Program-made: the position numbers and the translations under genes | Assembly: GCA_964016885.1 (NCBI GenBank) | Contig: OZ024743.1 | Coordinates: 175,026,001 to 175,090,000, forward strand | DNA from: Eledone cirrhosa | Taxonomy: Eukaryota | DNA length: 64,000 bases | Reading direction: 5' to 3' | Notes under the pieces: model-generated | What the model saw: only the letters and a program-made list of their open reading frames with translations | Database searches by the model: none | What the model was told of the DNA's origin: nothing | Shown here: positions 1-12,570 of the stretch, piece after piece | How the letters are laid out: every line of letters starts with the position of its first letter | Numbering within the stretch: position 1 is the first letter of the stretch

Positions 1-862
1 GGATTAACATAAGAGAGTATTTCATTAGGCTTATGGAAGGGTTTATAACTATTAGTGACCAAGTCCAAAGTCACATCTAAAAAGTTGACCGCTCTATCAT
101 TTCTATCAATCGTGATCGAAAGGTTAAAACTTTTAAAAAATGTATAAAGTTTCTTCCTGTTATGCTCTATATTGTTGTGTGCTAGAGTTTATCACAAACA
201 ATGCATCGTCACGATAAAGTCCGCCTTTAAGGTGCGGAAATGTAACATACAGTTCATTTAGGAGGAACAGCCCAACAAGATCAGTTACCTGGGCCGAATC
301 ACTCGAACCCATTGTAACGTCGAAATTGTTGGGTGTGTTTTTACGCGTCCAAAGTGTATCCTCGAATTTGATGATTGTCCTACGGGCTGCTAGTATAACA
401 TCAATCTGCGGTCGTGTAAGGCTAGACACTCGCATGGCCATAATTAAGGCTTTATTAAGGAGGATAGGTGAAATCGAGGTGTAATAGGCATCAATATCAA
501 ACTGGATAAACCTACTAGACCCAAGTTTATTAATACCAGAGAACCAATCTATAACGTCCTTAGTGTTCCCCCATAGATTAAAATGAACCTTTTCCCTAAC
601 GGCTGGTATAATCAGGTCAAGGATTTTCTTACTAATTATAGCTATATCAGACTTAGAAGGACTAATGAGTCTAACAGAGGGATTACTAATGAAGTCTACC
701 TTATGATCCTTAAGAGTGAATCTCGGTTCCCTAGGGTAATATGGCTGGGTATACTTATCAAGGCCCAGGTTCGAAACTATCTTGAGACCCTCATTATTGA
801 TATGATCCAAATTATCTTGCGTTGTCTTTTTGTAATTTTTATGCAGCTCCTTACAGCTCCTT
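1..862 (-). pseudogene. 5'-truncated, frameshifted Naiad-like PLE reverse transcriptase fragment running off the window start
   Basis: ORF 160-918 has LKDHK..F, RLISPSKSDI, QFDIDAYYTSI, FDVTMGSSDSAQVTDLVG and GGLYRDD, shared with the 12571-14784 ORF. A shifted frame below 160 continues (RKKLYTFF..VNFLDVTLDL..YKPFHKPN). Abuts (TA)n at ~862. Confidence 0.9.
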
Positions 863-1270
863 ATATATATATATATATACACATTCAACAGAGAGTAGAG
901 AGTTTGACAACAGGTCAATGACTTTAGTCTAGATAGGGTAATGACATGTGATGGTGGGGAGAGAGTGTAGAAGTTATTGTGGTGGCGGGGGACAGTGAAA
1001 TGTATCTAGTTCATTTGACCGTTTTCTTCTCTTTGTAAAATTTGAATTTTAGCCATTGAGATGTAAGTAAATGTAAAATGTAAAATATAAATAAGGATTG
1101 CTCTGCTAAAATATACTAAAATATTTGTGTAACTTCCACAAACTTCTGTCGTGACATTCCCGAGTCCAGTGACCAACAAATTGTTGTATTTTGATGTTTC
1201 AGAATACAAAAATTAATTAAAAACTTACCCCACGAAAAGACAGCGTGTGTTGTCCATCTATAAGCTCCCT

Positions 1271-1822
<552 letters not shown>

Positions 1823-1931
1823 TGATTTTTAATGCGATGAAATATCAATGATGGTTGGCAAATCACTGACGAAGGACTAATTTTATCATATGTAACCCAT
1901 GTGCAACCACGCAGTATTTTTCTTTCTTCTC

Positions 1932-1989
<58 letters not shown>

Positions 1990-1992
<3 letters not shown>

Positions 1993-2411
1993 TAGAAAGT
2001 GAGGTTTTTTTTACAAAATGAAAAATAACGGAGGTGTCCTACACGAGTGAAAGTATAAAGAAAAAAAGATGAAATCGAAAATGCAACTGGAGTCTTATTT
2101 TTTTTAAATATATATAATTATTTGGTTCCTTTACTGGTTTCGCAGTTCTTCTGCTTTTCAAAAGTAGAATTGAGATGGAGGGTCTGTGGTTTTTCTCACA
2201 TCTGGTCGGTCTCTGAATGTTACTTGTTTTATATGGAAAAAAGTGGCTCGAAATGCCAGGTTTTTAGAGAAGTAATTAGATTGGTTGGTCAATAATTATA
2301 ATACATTTCGCGCCAGTTCGCGTTACAAAGTTCTTCAAACAAGGGGGTGGGGGTGGCACAGATTTTCTATTGAAGTAAAGAAAGTAAAGATGTGTATGCT
2401 TATTTGTGTGC

Positions 2412-2510
<99 letters not shown>

Positions 2511-4681
2511 GGAAGATGATTCTATTAGTAGAAGTGGGGGAGGAAGTTGTGTGTGTGTGTGTATATGGGTGTTATGTGTGTGTGTGGTAGTATGTTAAGA
2601 TGGAGTGAATATATATATTTTGTGTGTGTGTATATATGTGTGTAGGAAAGTGATTCTATTAGTAGAAATGGGGAGGGAGTTGTGTGTGTCTGTGAGGGTT
2701 GGGGTTGTTATGTGTGTATTGGGTGTTATGTGTGTGGGAGTATGGTTAGTATGTTAAGATGAAGAGAATATATATATATATTGTGTGTGTGTGTGTGTGT
2801 GTAGGAAAATGATTCCTTTAGTAGGAATATTTTTGAATGAACATATTTTCCTTACTTATTCGTATTTGTTCTGTTGTATTGTCAGCGCAAAGGTAAAATG
2901 GGAAGACTTGGAATTTGGGTGTCTTATTACTTGCGCAAATGTCTAGATGTGCGCTTAGTGGTATCTGTCTCGTGGTTGGATCTCGTAATTGTTGGCGATG
3001 AACTATCATTCTGTTTCTGAGTGTGAGTTTAGTTTGTCCTATATAATCTTCATTGCATCCTTTACATTTAATGGCATAAATTAAATTTTTTGATGAGCAA
3101 GTGAAGTGATTTTTTACAGCAAAATTTTGTCCTGATTTAAATGTATACGTGTTGCCTTCAATGAGGAGAGTGCAGGTTCCACAATTAGAGCGACCACATT
3201 TTTTGACAGTTGGTTGTGGGTTTGTGGTAGGTAATTTGGCATTGGTGAGTAATGTTTTCAGTGATTTCGGTTGTCTTTTGCTTTTGATTATTTTGTGTGT
3301 TTCAAGGGCTTTTTTCATTCTTGGGTTTTGTTTTAGTAGTGGGATGTTATTGTGAATAGTGTTGTAAGCTTCCACATTTCTTGGGTTGTGTGTTGAGATA
3401 TATGATAGAATATTGGACGTACCTTGAATTTGTTTCTGTTTTCGTAATTCATCAATGCCTATTGCTTTAGCCCTTCCTATTCCATTATTTATTAGTAATG
3501 GTGGGTACTCTCTTTCGAGTAGAATTTCCTTTAATTCTTGAAGACTTTTATTTCGCGTTTCATAATTGGAGACAATTGTGCAAATTCTTCTTGCTAGGTT
3601 AAAAGGAATGTTCGTCTTCGTGTGCTTTGGATGGTTGGAGGTGAATAGCAGGTATTGTTTGGAATCTGTTGGTTTGTAGTGTATGTCAGTTTCAATATTT
3701 GTGTCTTTTTTTAAGATTAAGATGTCCAGAAATGGGAGTTGATCTTGGCTGTATTCCATTGTGAATTGGATGTGGTTATTGATGCCGTTTATTAAGTTTT
3801 TGAAATCCTTCAGTTGGTTGAGTGTGTGGGACCAAAGAATGAGACAATCATCCAAGTAGCGTTTCCAATTCTCTGATAAATATTTGTGGAAGTTCAATCT
3901 GTATTTTGATTTGGACTGTTCATATATCTGAACTTCTAAGTATGCCATGACTAAGTTGGCATAAGTTGGAGCGGCTTTTGTACTCACCGCAGTCCCCGAT
4001 ATGTGCTTGTAAGTACTGCTATCGAAATCAAAAAAGCACACAAGCACACAAATAAACATACATATCTTTACTTTCTTTATTTTAATAGAAAATCTGAATT
4101 CTGACACCCCAGCGAACTAACCATATTCACTGAACGAGAACAATTCTCCCATCCCATTTCTCTTGACCATTATCTTTTGCTTGTCATAAAATTCTCTAAA
4201 AAGGCAACAGAATAGATTTCCAAACAAGGGCGCGAAAATTTAATGAAAAATTGTTCACGTGACAGCTATAATTTCATTTATAACCAATCAAATTACGTTT
4301 ATTTAAAAAAAAGCCTTCGTGAGCCCCTTTTTTAAGTAAAAAGAAATTCAAACACTCATATATGAAAAAACAACCTGTGCCACCCCCACCCCCCTTGTTT
4401 GAAGAAGTTTGTAACGCGAACTGGCGCGTAATTTATTATAATTATTGACCAACCAATCAAATTACTTCTCTAAAAACCTGGCATTTCGAGCCACTTTTTT
4501 TCCATATAAAACAAGTAACATTCAGAGACCAACCAGATGTGAGAAAAACCACAGACCCTCCATCTCAACTCTACTTTTGAAAAGCAGAAGAACTGCGAAA
4601 CCGGTAAAGGAACCACATAAATATATATATTTAAAAAAAAATAAGACTCCAGTTGCATTTTCGATTTCATCTTTGTTCTTT
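1990..4681 (-). mobile_element. 5'-truncated Neptune-like PLE with 3' pLTR (~1990-2420) and inverted 5' pLTR copy (~4030-4681)
   Basis: 4030-4096 and 4375-4681 are the reverse complement of ~2055-2420. Flanked by (TA)n on both sides; encloses an RT/GIY-YIG frame. Confidence 0.85.
2818..4020 (-). pseudogene. PLE RT C-terminal half, thumb, Cys linker and GIY-YIG endonuclease (Neptune-like)
   Basis: GTAVSTKAAPTYANL, WKRYLDD, LPFLDI, YKPTDSKQYL, CGRSNCGTC, NLIYAIKC..CNEDYIGQT..LRNRM..H. The N-terminal residues of the listed ORF come from the inverted pLTR. Confidence 0.88.
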
Positions 4682-4705
4682 ATATATACATATATATACA
4701 TATAT

Positions 4706-4736
<31 letters not shown>

Positions 4737-4761
4737 TACACATATATATATATATATATAC

Positions 4762-4925
4762 CATCATCATCATCGTTTAACGTCCATCTTCCACGCTAGC
4801 ATGGGTTTGACTGTTTTGTTTCATTTGATGCGGGAATGGTCGGGAGACCGTATCTCGCTCGTACAGAAATGTCTCTGGCAGGTTTTTTTACAACTGGATG
4901 CCCTTCCTAACACCAACCACATTTA
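4762..4925 (-). mobile_element. SINE/RTE-related retroposon 3' portion with (ATG)n tail
   Basis: Minus strand has GTTGGTGTTAGGAAGGGCATCCAGTTGTAAAA and ends GACGTTAAACG(ATG)n. Confidence 0.55.
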
Positions 4926-5560
4926 CAGTGTGGACTGGGAGCCTTTTTACCGTGTCTCCTACACGACCACCTTACAGTGTGGACTGTTGTGTCATCAACA
5001 CAGTGGACGGAACGGGAAAGGGAGATGGGGTATGGTGTGTGGGGTGCGGTGTACATTGGGTGTACTTGTGTGTGTATATATATATACAGAGAGAGAGAAA
5101 GTGAGAGGGGGTAAAATCCTGACCGCGGTGCCAAGGAGTTTCGGCTTGTGTCATCTGCATCACCCCATGCATTGAGAAATAGAATTAGAGTGTTCGCTCC
5201 AACATAGCTGTAAACATTCATATATATAAGGTTTGTATATCGAATAATATACGATATGTTTACGAATAAATATTTGAAAGCCTTTAGCTATGAGTTTTAA
5301 AGGTGGTGGCCGTCACCACCCACCTAGTTCCAACAGAATCAGAAGGGAGGCAACCGACAGCTGTTTCTGACTGTGTGGCCGTCCAGCTTCTGGTTGAGCA
5401 TTCTACAGACACCGTGTAACCATATCATTGTTGTCAGGGAGATTCAGCGTGATATAGTGTGTGACAAGGCTGACCTTTTGAATTACAAGTCCAACGAGAA
5501 ATCTGTTCTGTTGTCTGAACAACTAGAACACTCATCGTCAGAAATGATGGAGGAACCACA

Positions 5561-6214
5561 TACTCTCGGGTCCCAAATAATAGGGGCTGGAATAAGCGAG
5601 TTGAAATAAGCGAAGAGTTGAAATAAGCGAGGGTTTGAAATAAGCGATGGGTTGAAATAAGCAGGATGCTAGAATAAGCGGAGGGTGGAATAAGCGGGGA
5701 ATTGGAATAGGAGGGAGAGGTGGAATATGCAAACGGTGTCTCCTTTGATTTCTTTTTAAAACAGAATTATCTCGGTATTGAGTACTCATGTTCGCGATCG
5801 TCAATACTCACCATATATATATATACTTTCGGGTCTCAAATAATAGTGGGGATGGGGTAGGGATAAGTAGGGGTGAGGTGTAGAAAATGAATAATTTTTC
5901 TACGTTGTCTCCGTTGATTTTTCTTAACCAGAATTAGTTGTTTAGTTTACATATTGAGACCCCAACCCATCCTATATATTTTAGAACGTATGGGGTTCTA
6001 GTAATGTACTTTTTTGTCATATAAAATGTTTTTTAATGTATGAGAAAATTAATTGTCGCAGGAATGCTACTACTTAAAATAAAATTCCACCGGAGATAGA
6101 TTAGTAAAATTCAATAATCGGGATGTGGGGTGGGATGGAATAAGAGTGGGTGGTGGAAAAAATATGAAAAATTAAAAAGCGGGGCGGGAAACGATTATTT
6201 GAGACCCGGGAGCA
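5561..6214. mobile_element. MITE-like non-autonomous DNA transposon
   Basis: Imperfect TIRs TACTCTCGGGTCCCAAATAA / TTATTTGAGACCCGGGAGCA, an internal extra TIR copy at ~5824, and about 7 subterminal GAAATAAGCG-like repeats at 5589-5700. Confidence 0.65.
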
Positions 6215-6859
6215 CACATACACATACAGACACCACACACATGTATACACATTCACATACAGACACACACGCACACGCACGCACATATATATGCGTGTGG
6301 TGAGGTAAGTGTGTGTATATGCTTGTGTATGAGTATGTAAACGCATATGTGTGTGCACGCTTGTGTTTGCATGAGTGTGTATATGCATGTGTGCGTGAAA
6401 TTGAGCGTGTGTGCTTATGCGTGCTTGTGTATATATGCACATGCACATGTGTGTGTATATAAGGATGTATGTGTGTGTGAATATGTATGCGCATGAAATT
6501 GTTGTAAGTGAGCGTGTGACTTTGCATGTGTGTATATGTGAGTGTGTGTATATACGTATGTGTTGTTTGAGTGAGTGTGCATGAGCTTCTTTGTGGTTAT
6601 GTGACTAAGCCTCTATATGCATGTGTGCGTGTATGAATGAGCCTCTATATGCATGTGTATGTGTGTGAGAGAGTGTGTATATATATATATATATATATAA
6701 ATACTTAGGTTAATAGGAGTTAGGTATTGTATACCCTTGTCCCATTAAGGTATTGGCAGCATAATAATTAGCTCTATGCTTTGGAGCAGAGTCGTATATA
6801 TGATAAAGAACACAAGAGCGTAAAAATCTTTTGATGTTGTAGACGCTCTTGTGTTCTTT

Positions 6860-6966
<107 letters not shown>

Positions 6967-7111
6967 AAGTGAGCATGTATATGTGTGTGTGAGAGAGTGA
7001 GTGTGTATATATGTGTGTGAATGAATGTGTATATATATATGTGTCTGTATGTAAGTGAGCGTGTATATGTGTGTGTGTGAGAGTGAGTGTGTATATATGT
7101 GTGTGAATGAG

Positions 7112-7194
<83 letters not shown>

Positions 7195-7236
7195 GATATT
7201 AAACAAATGGAAACTATATTTATAAAACCATATTTA

Positions 7237-7298
7237 TTTCATTATATATATTTCTGGGATATCATATTAAAAATATGTTATGCCTTCCTCAGACAAAA
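7237..7298 (-). ncRNA. Minimal type I hammerhead ribozyme motif (CUGAGGA core)
   Basis: TTTTGT-CTGAGGA-stem II-GAAA-TATATA-TA-ATGAAA on the minus strand. Confidence 0.65.
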
Positions 7299-8723
7299 TA
7301 CAATATATAAGCCGTTTTATAAATAAATTTGACATACCTTAAAATAATGCAACTTCCATTTAAAAAGTTGATTTGGTAGTGAAACTGTTAAGGACAGTTA
7401 TAAAGAAAGACGAAGAAAAACGAAGAGAAAAAAACGAAGAGAAAAAAGTGCTAAGGACGAAGAGAAGAAGAAAGAGAGTGTATAGTGCTAAGGACAGTTA
7501 GAGAAGAAGATGAAGAGATGTATGTAAAGAAAAACAACAGAGCGAGATAGAGAGAGAAGGAGATATGGGAGAGAGAAATATATTGAGGAAGTGAAAAATG
7601 GTAGGCAGCTTGATCAGCGTACAAGTGAGAGGTTAAGGAGGGAAGGGATACAGTTAAAACAGCCGACACATAAATCCCGTCAAGTGTAGAGGAGAAAAAG
7701 AAAGAAAAATGATATATTTAAAATATTATGTCTCATCCATTTGAATTATCAATTTTTATGAATTAGGTATTATAATGTAAATATCAATATTCATGAATGA
7801 GACATATCCATAATGTGTGAAAAAATGAAAAAATAATGACCCCATGTTTAGTTTAAAAATTCTTAGGTTTATAAGCAAAATCTGAGATAAAACTTCAAAA
7901 ATACATAAGTATATATGCATTTTCATGAAAAAAGGAAAAAGAGAAAAGAAGGTTATCTCAAATTCAAAACACACATGTGAACTTACGTGATATGCTTCGC
8001 AAATTCTTATTTTTCATGAAAATCTTCATTGCGTTACAAAAGATTCCACCATACATATATGTACATACATATATATATAGACATAAAATATACATTAATA
8101 TTAATAGTAATATTCCTGCCCTCACTTACATGATTATCGTTCAAGCATAGAATAGACAACAGATATCAATATATTAAAAATTAAAAACGCCAAGAATATC
8201 TTCGTCACTCCCCAGAGTATCTAGGGACGTAAGAGAACATAGTATGCCACGCATATCAATCACATAAAACCACCCTTCCAATTTATTTGACAATATATTG
8301 TCAAGTTCATTAGAAGCAATCAGAATCAAAAGCAAACAAAAACCAAAATTGTTCAACAAAACTTATTTAGCAGAAATCATTCAAAAACTTATTCTACAAA
8401 TGCTCTTATATTTATTATAGAAGTTTATCTAGCTTAAAAATGTATTCAATAGATTGGGAACATCGCCATTTTATGGTAGTTTAATTAATCTCATTAATTA
8501 TATATTCATGCAGAAAGGTTTAAAAAAAAAAAAAAAATTGAAGGAATCGAAAGATTTATCGCCAAGTTTCATAAATAGTTAAATATCTTAAGTAAATATA
8601 CTACATTTTAAATTTATATTTATATTTAAAAGTTGAGTACAATCTATGTCTGCAGCAGCTGAATAAATTGGTCCGTAAATTAAGGGAATTTTTAGATTTT
8701 AGTATAAAGAATTATATATTGTA

Positions 8724-8785
8724 TTTTGTCTGAGGAAGGCATACCATATTTTTAATATGATATCCCAGAAATATATATAATGAAA
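8724..8785 (+). ncRNA. Minimal type I hammerhead ribozyme motif (CUGAGGA core), inverted pLTR copy
   Basis: TTTTGT CTGAGGA AGGCATAC CATATT TTT AATATG ATATCCCA GAAA TATATA TA ATGAAA. Confidence 0.65.
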
Positions 8786-9233
8786 TAAATATGGTTTTAT
8801 AAATATAGTTTCCATTTATTTAATATCGTAAACCTACTCCAAAATCTGTTGAGTGCTTTTATATCAGTTATAAAATATTTACTCGTTGTAACCCAACAAT
8901 TTTAAATAAAACTTTTGCATATATATATATATATATGTATATGTGTGTGTGTGTGTGTGTGTGTATGTAAGTGAGCGTGTATATATATGTGTGCGTGTGA
9001 GAGTGAGTGTTGTGTATATATATATGAGAGTGAGCGTGTATATATATGTGTGTGAGAGTGTGTATATATATATATGTGTGTGTATGAGAGTGAAGCTGCA
9101 TATGTGTGTGAGAGAGAGTGGGCGTGTATATGTGTATGAATGAGTGTGTATATATGTATATGTGTATGTAAGTGAGCGTGTATATGTGTGTGAGAGTGAG
9201 TATATGTGTGTATATGTGTGTGTGCGGGAGTGA

Positions 9234-9270
<37 letters not shown>

Positions 9271-9380
9271 CATATATATATATAACTGTATATATATATA
9301 TAACCAAAGATTAATATGGTTCATTGATTACTCAATGAATACAGTTTTACAATAGAGGTATGTCATATATCAAATCATAT

Positions 9381-9840
9381 TTTATCTGACGAGGACGTAC
9401 TGGAAAGAAAACAACACAGTACCTTAGAAATATCTTTATCTTTATATATATAAAAGCGAGGATGTGTGTGTGTTTGTGTACAACTTGGCATGCATAAGGC
9501 TTTCACAATTACCAACTGAATTTGACCAAATTTTCTGTGCACGTTGCACAGCTCGATAAGATTGTCACATCACAAACATTTTTGAAATCGACCCACGTTG
9601 AGCAATAAAAAATCGATATCAAAATTATCGGTAGAAAAATTAATGTAAGGGAGATAACACACTTTATTGACAACCCTTATAAAAAAGGGAGATAACCTTT
9701 TCACCAAATATATTGAAGACTTCTGCTTATTTTGATAGGTTGGGGACAAATAATGTTCTTCTTTTACTTCCTAGGTGTATATTCTTAGCATAATTTCAAA
9801 CCCCGAGCAACGCCGGGTAAATCTGCTAGTATATAATAAA
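9381..9840 (+). ncRNA. Hammerhead motif split by a Helitron (halves 9381-9432 and 9830-9840)
   Basis: Removing 9433-9829 gives TTTAT CTGACGA GGAC GTACTG..CAGTAC CTTA GAAA TATATA TA ATAAA. Confidence 0.65.
9433..9829 (+). mobile_element. Non-autonomous Helitron
   Basis: Inserted between A and T, 5' TC, 3' hairpin CCCGAGCAACGCCGGG followed by terminal CTAG, no TSD. Confidence 0.85.
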
Positions 9841-10663
9841 GCTTAAATTTTGATTATGTGAATATCTTCATTTGTTAATATTTTCAATAATATATATATA
9901 TATATATACACACTCACTCTCACACACATATATACACGCTCACTTACATACATACACACATATATATATAGTCATTCACACACATATATATACACTCACT
10001 CTCACACACATATATATACACGCTCACTTACATACATACACATGTATATATATATATACACTCATTCACACATATATATATACACTCTCTCTCACACATA
10101 TATATATACACGCTCACTTACATACATACACATTTATATATATATACACTCATTCACACACATATATTTACGCTCACTCTCACATACACACATATGCACC
10201 CTTACTCTCATACCCATATATATATATACACACTCATTCATACACATATATACACGCTCTCTCTATATATATGTGTGTGTGTGTGTGAAAGTGAGGGTGT
10301 ATATATATGCGTGTGTGTATGGGTATGTATATCTAAATAAACGTGTTTGAGTGAGCGAGGAACAATCTCCGGCCAAATCTATTTCTTCTGTTCTTCAATT
10401 TATCAAAGTGACGGATGCAACTGGTGGTAAGCCATTGATCAAAGGAGGTTCCGTTGTTGATAGGCAACACCACAGTTTAGAGATCGTTTCATTATATTTC
10501 ATCAGATTCAAACGTATAGCCATTGATTCAGATTTCTTCAAAGGTTCCCTTCTCTATTGCACGCTCACAGTTTTAGGAATTCTTCGTAGACATTGACTAG
10601 CTATGAACATAGCTCTCTCTATATCTCCCCTTCTCATTCTTTCATCATCCCTCTCTCTCACTC

Positions 10664-10778
<115 letters not shown>

Positions 10779-10849
10779 TTGTATGTATGTATATATGCAT
10801 ACATATATTTATATACAAATATATAATATATACATATATACACACACAC

Positions 10850-10890
<41 letters not shown>

Positions 10891-11020
10891 AAAGTTATAT
10901 TTAAAATTGTTGGGTTACAACTAGTAAATATTTATAACTGATATAAAAGCACTCGACAAATATTTGGAGTATATTTACAATATTAAATAAATGGAAACTA
11001 TATTTATAAAACCATATTTA

Positions 11021-11082
11021 TTTCATTATATATATTTCGGGGATATCATATTAACAATATGCTATGCCTTCCTCAGACAAAA
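11021..11082 (-). ncRNA. Minimal type I hammerhead ribozyme in the 3' pLTR of the intact PLE
   Basis: TTTTGT CTGAGGA AGG..CATATT GTT AATATG..CCCC GAAA TATATA TA ATGAAA. Confidence 0.7.
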
Positions 11083-12570
11083 TACAATATAAACAGTTTT
11101 ATAGATAAATAGATTCGACATACCGTTAAAACACCGACTTCCATTTGAAGAGGTTTAAGCTGGCAGTGAAAAAATTTTACACAGAGAGAAAGAAAGAGAG
11201 AAAAAAGAAAGAAAGACAGAAAACGAAGAAAATGAAGAAAAAGAAGACATGCATGGAACAAAAAAGAGAGATGGAAAGATAGATAAAGCGAAGAACTTCA
11301 TGTAAAGAAACAGAAAGAGATATATATATATAGAGAGAGAGGAAATAGAGATAGATACATATATATATAGAAAATTAGGTAGAGGGAGGTCATTTTGAGT
11401 AAATGTATCAATGATACATTTATTTATTTATTTATTTATTTAGCTCAAGTATTAATGTAAGGGAGATATATATATAGAGAAAAAATATAGAGAGAGGAAA
11501 AAATAGCGAGAGAAAAAAATTTAAAAATAGCCAGATATATTCGAGGCGTAAAAACCCTATGTTTTAATGTATTAGTATTTATAAAACTTACACTATATTG
11601 TAAATATCAGTATTCCTGAATGAGACAAGTATCCATAGTGTGTGAAAATTAATTATCTTATGTTTAGTTTTAAAAAATTCTTATGTTTATGTGACAGCTA
11701 CAAACATCCATGCGAATCCACATGATTCACTCTGCAAACTCCAAGTTCACGGAAAACATTCTCAATGTGGTATAAAAATTTGAGCATACATATATGTGTA
11801 TTATTATTCCTGTCTTTACTCTACAAGATTATCTATCAAGCAGAAATAGAGAGCAGATTTCAATATACTAATAAAAATATATATCAGAAACAAAACTAAA
11901 AAAATAAAAAGATAACAATAATAATAATAAGTAATAAGTATAACAATAATAATAATAAGTAAAAATAAGTAATAATAAAATAGAAAACTAAAAAAAAAAA
12001 AATAGAAAACTAAAAAAATATTACGAAAGAATATTACATAATAAAAATATTACATATTAAAAATATTACGTATTAAAAAATATTACGTATTAAAAATTTA
12101 CATATTAAAGATATTAAGAATAAAAATAAAAAATAAAAATATTATAAAATACTACAATAATAAAAAATAAAAATAAAAATAAACCACAAAGATCAACCCT
12201 TCAAAGTTAATTGACAATATATTGCCAAGTTCATTACAAGACAAAGCCAAAAATTATCTATCAAATCACATCTAGCAAAGATCATTTCAAAAAGTTTATG
12301 ATGTCCAAATTGGTCTACATATGTTCTTATATTTAATATAGAAGTTTATCTAGTGTAAGGTTTATTCAAAAAATTTGGAACATCAGCTTTTAGGGTAGCT
12401 TAATTTTTCATGAGGAATGTTTAAATAAAAATAAAATAAAAATAAAAATAAAAATAAACAATAAAAAAAAAAGAATAAAAAGAAGGAATCAAAAATTTAG
12501 GAATCAAAAATTTAAGAATCAAAAATTTATCGGCTAGTTTCCTATATAAATATAAATCAAACTAAATATA

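Larger units (their letters stand above)
7193..8918 (-). mobile_element. Truncated relative of the 10888-14851 Naiad-like PLE with inverted pLTR (8713-8918)
   Basis: 8601-8712 matches the ORF end at 12571-12680; 7195-8600 resembles its 3' UTR; 8713-8830 is the reverse complement of 7195-7310; (TA)n on both sides. Confidence 0.88.

Noticed and set aside
2296-2342. HHR-like motif in the Neptune-like pLTR (TTGT TTGAAGA..GGCGC GAAA TGTA TT ATAA; copy at ~4395-4441)
   Set aside because: U3.G8 core, stem II not adjacent to both core strands, and the second copy has GTAA for GAAA. Possibly a decayed HHR but not supportable.
10472-10513. CTGATGA..GAAAC on the minus strand
   Set aside because: Stems I, II and III cannot be paired convincingly.
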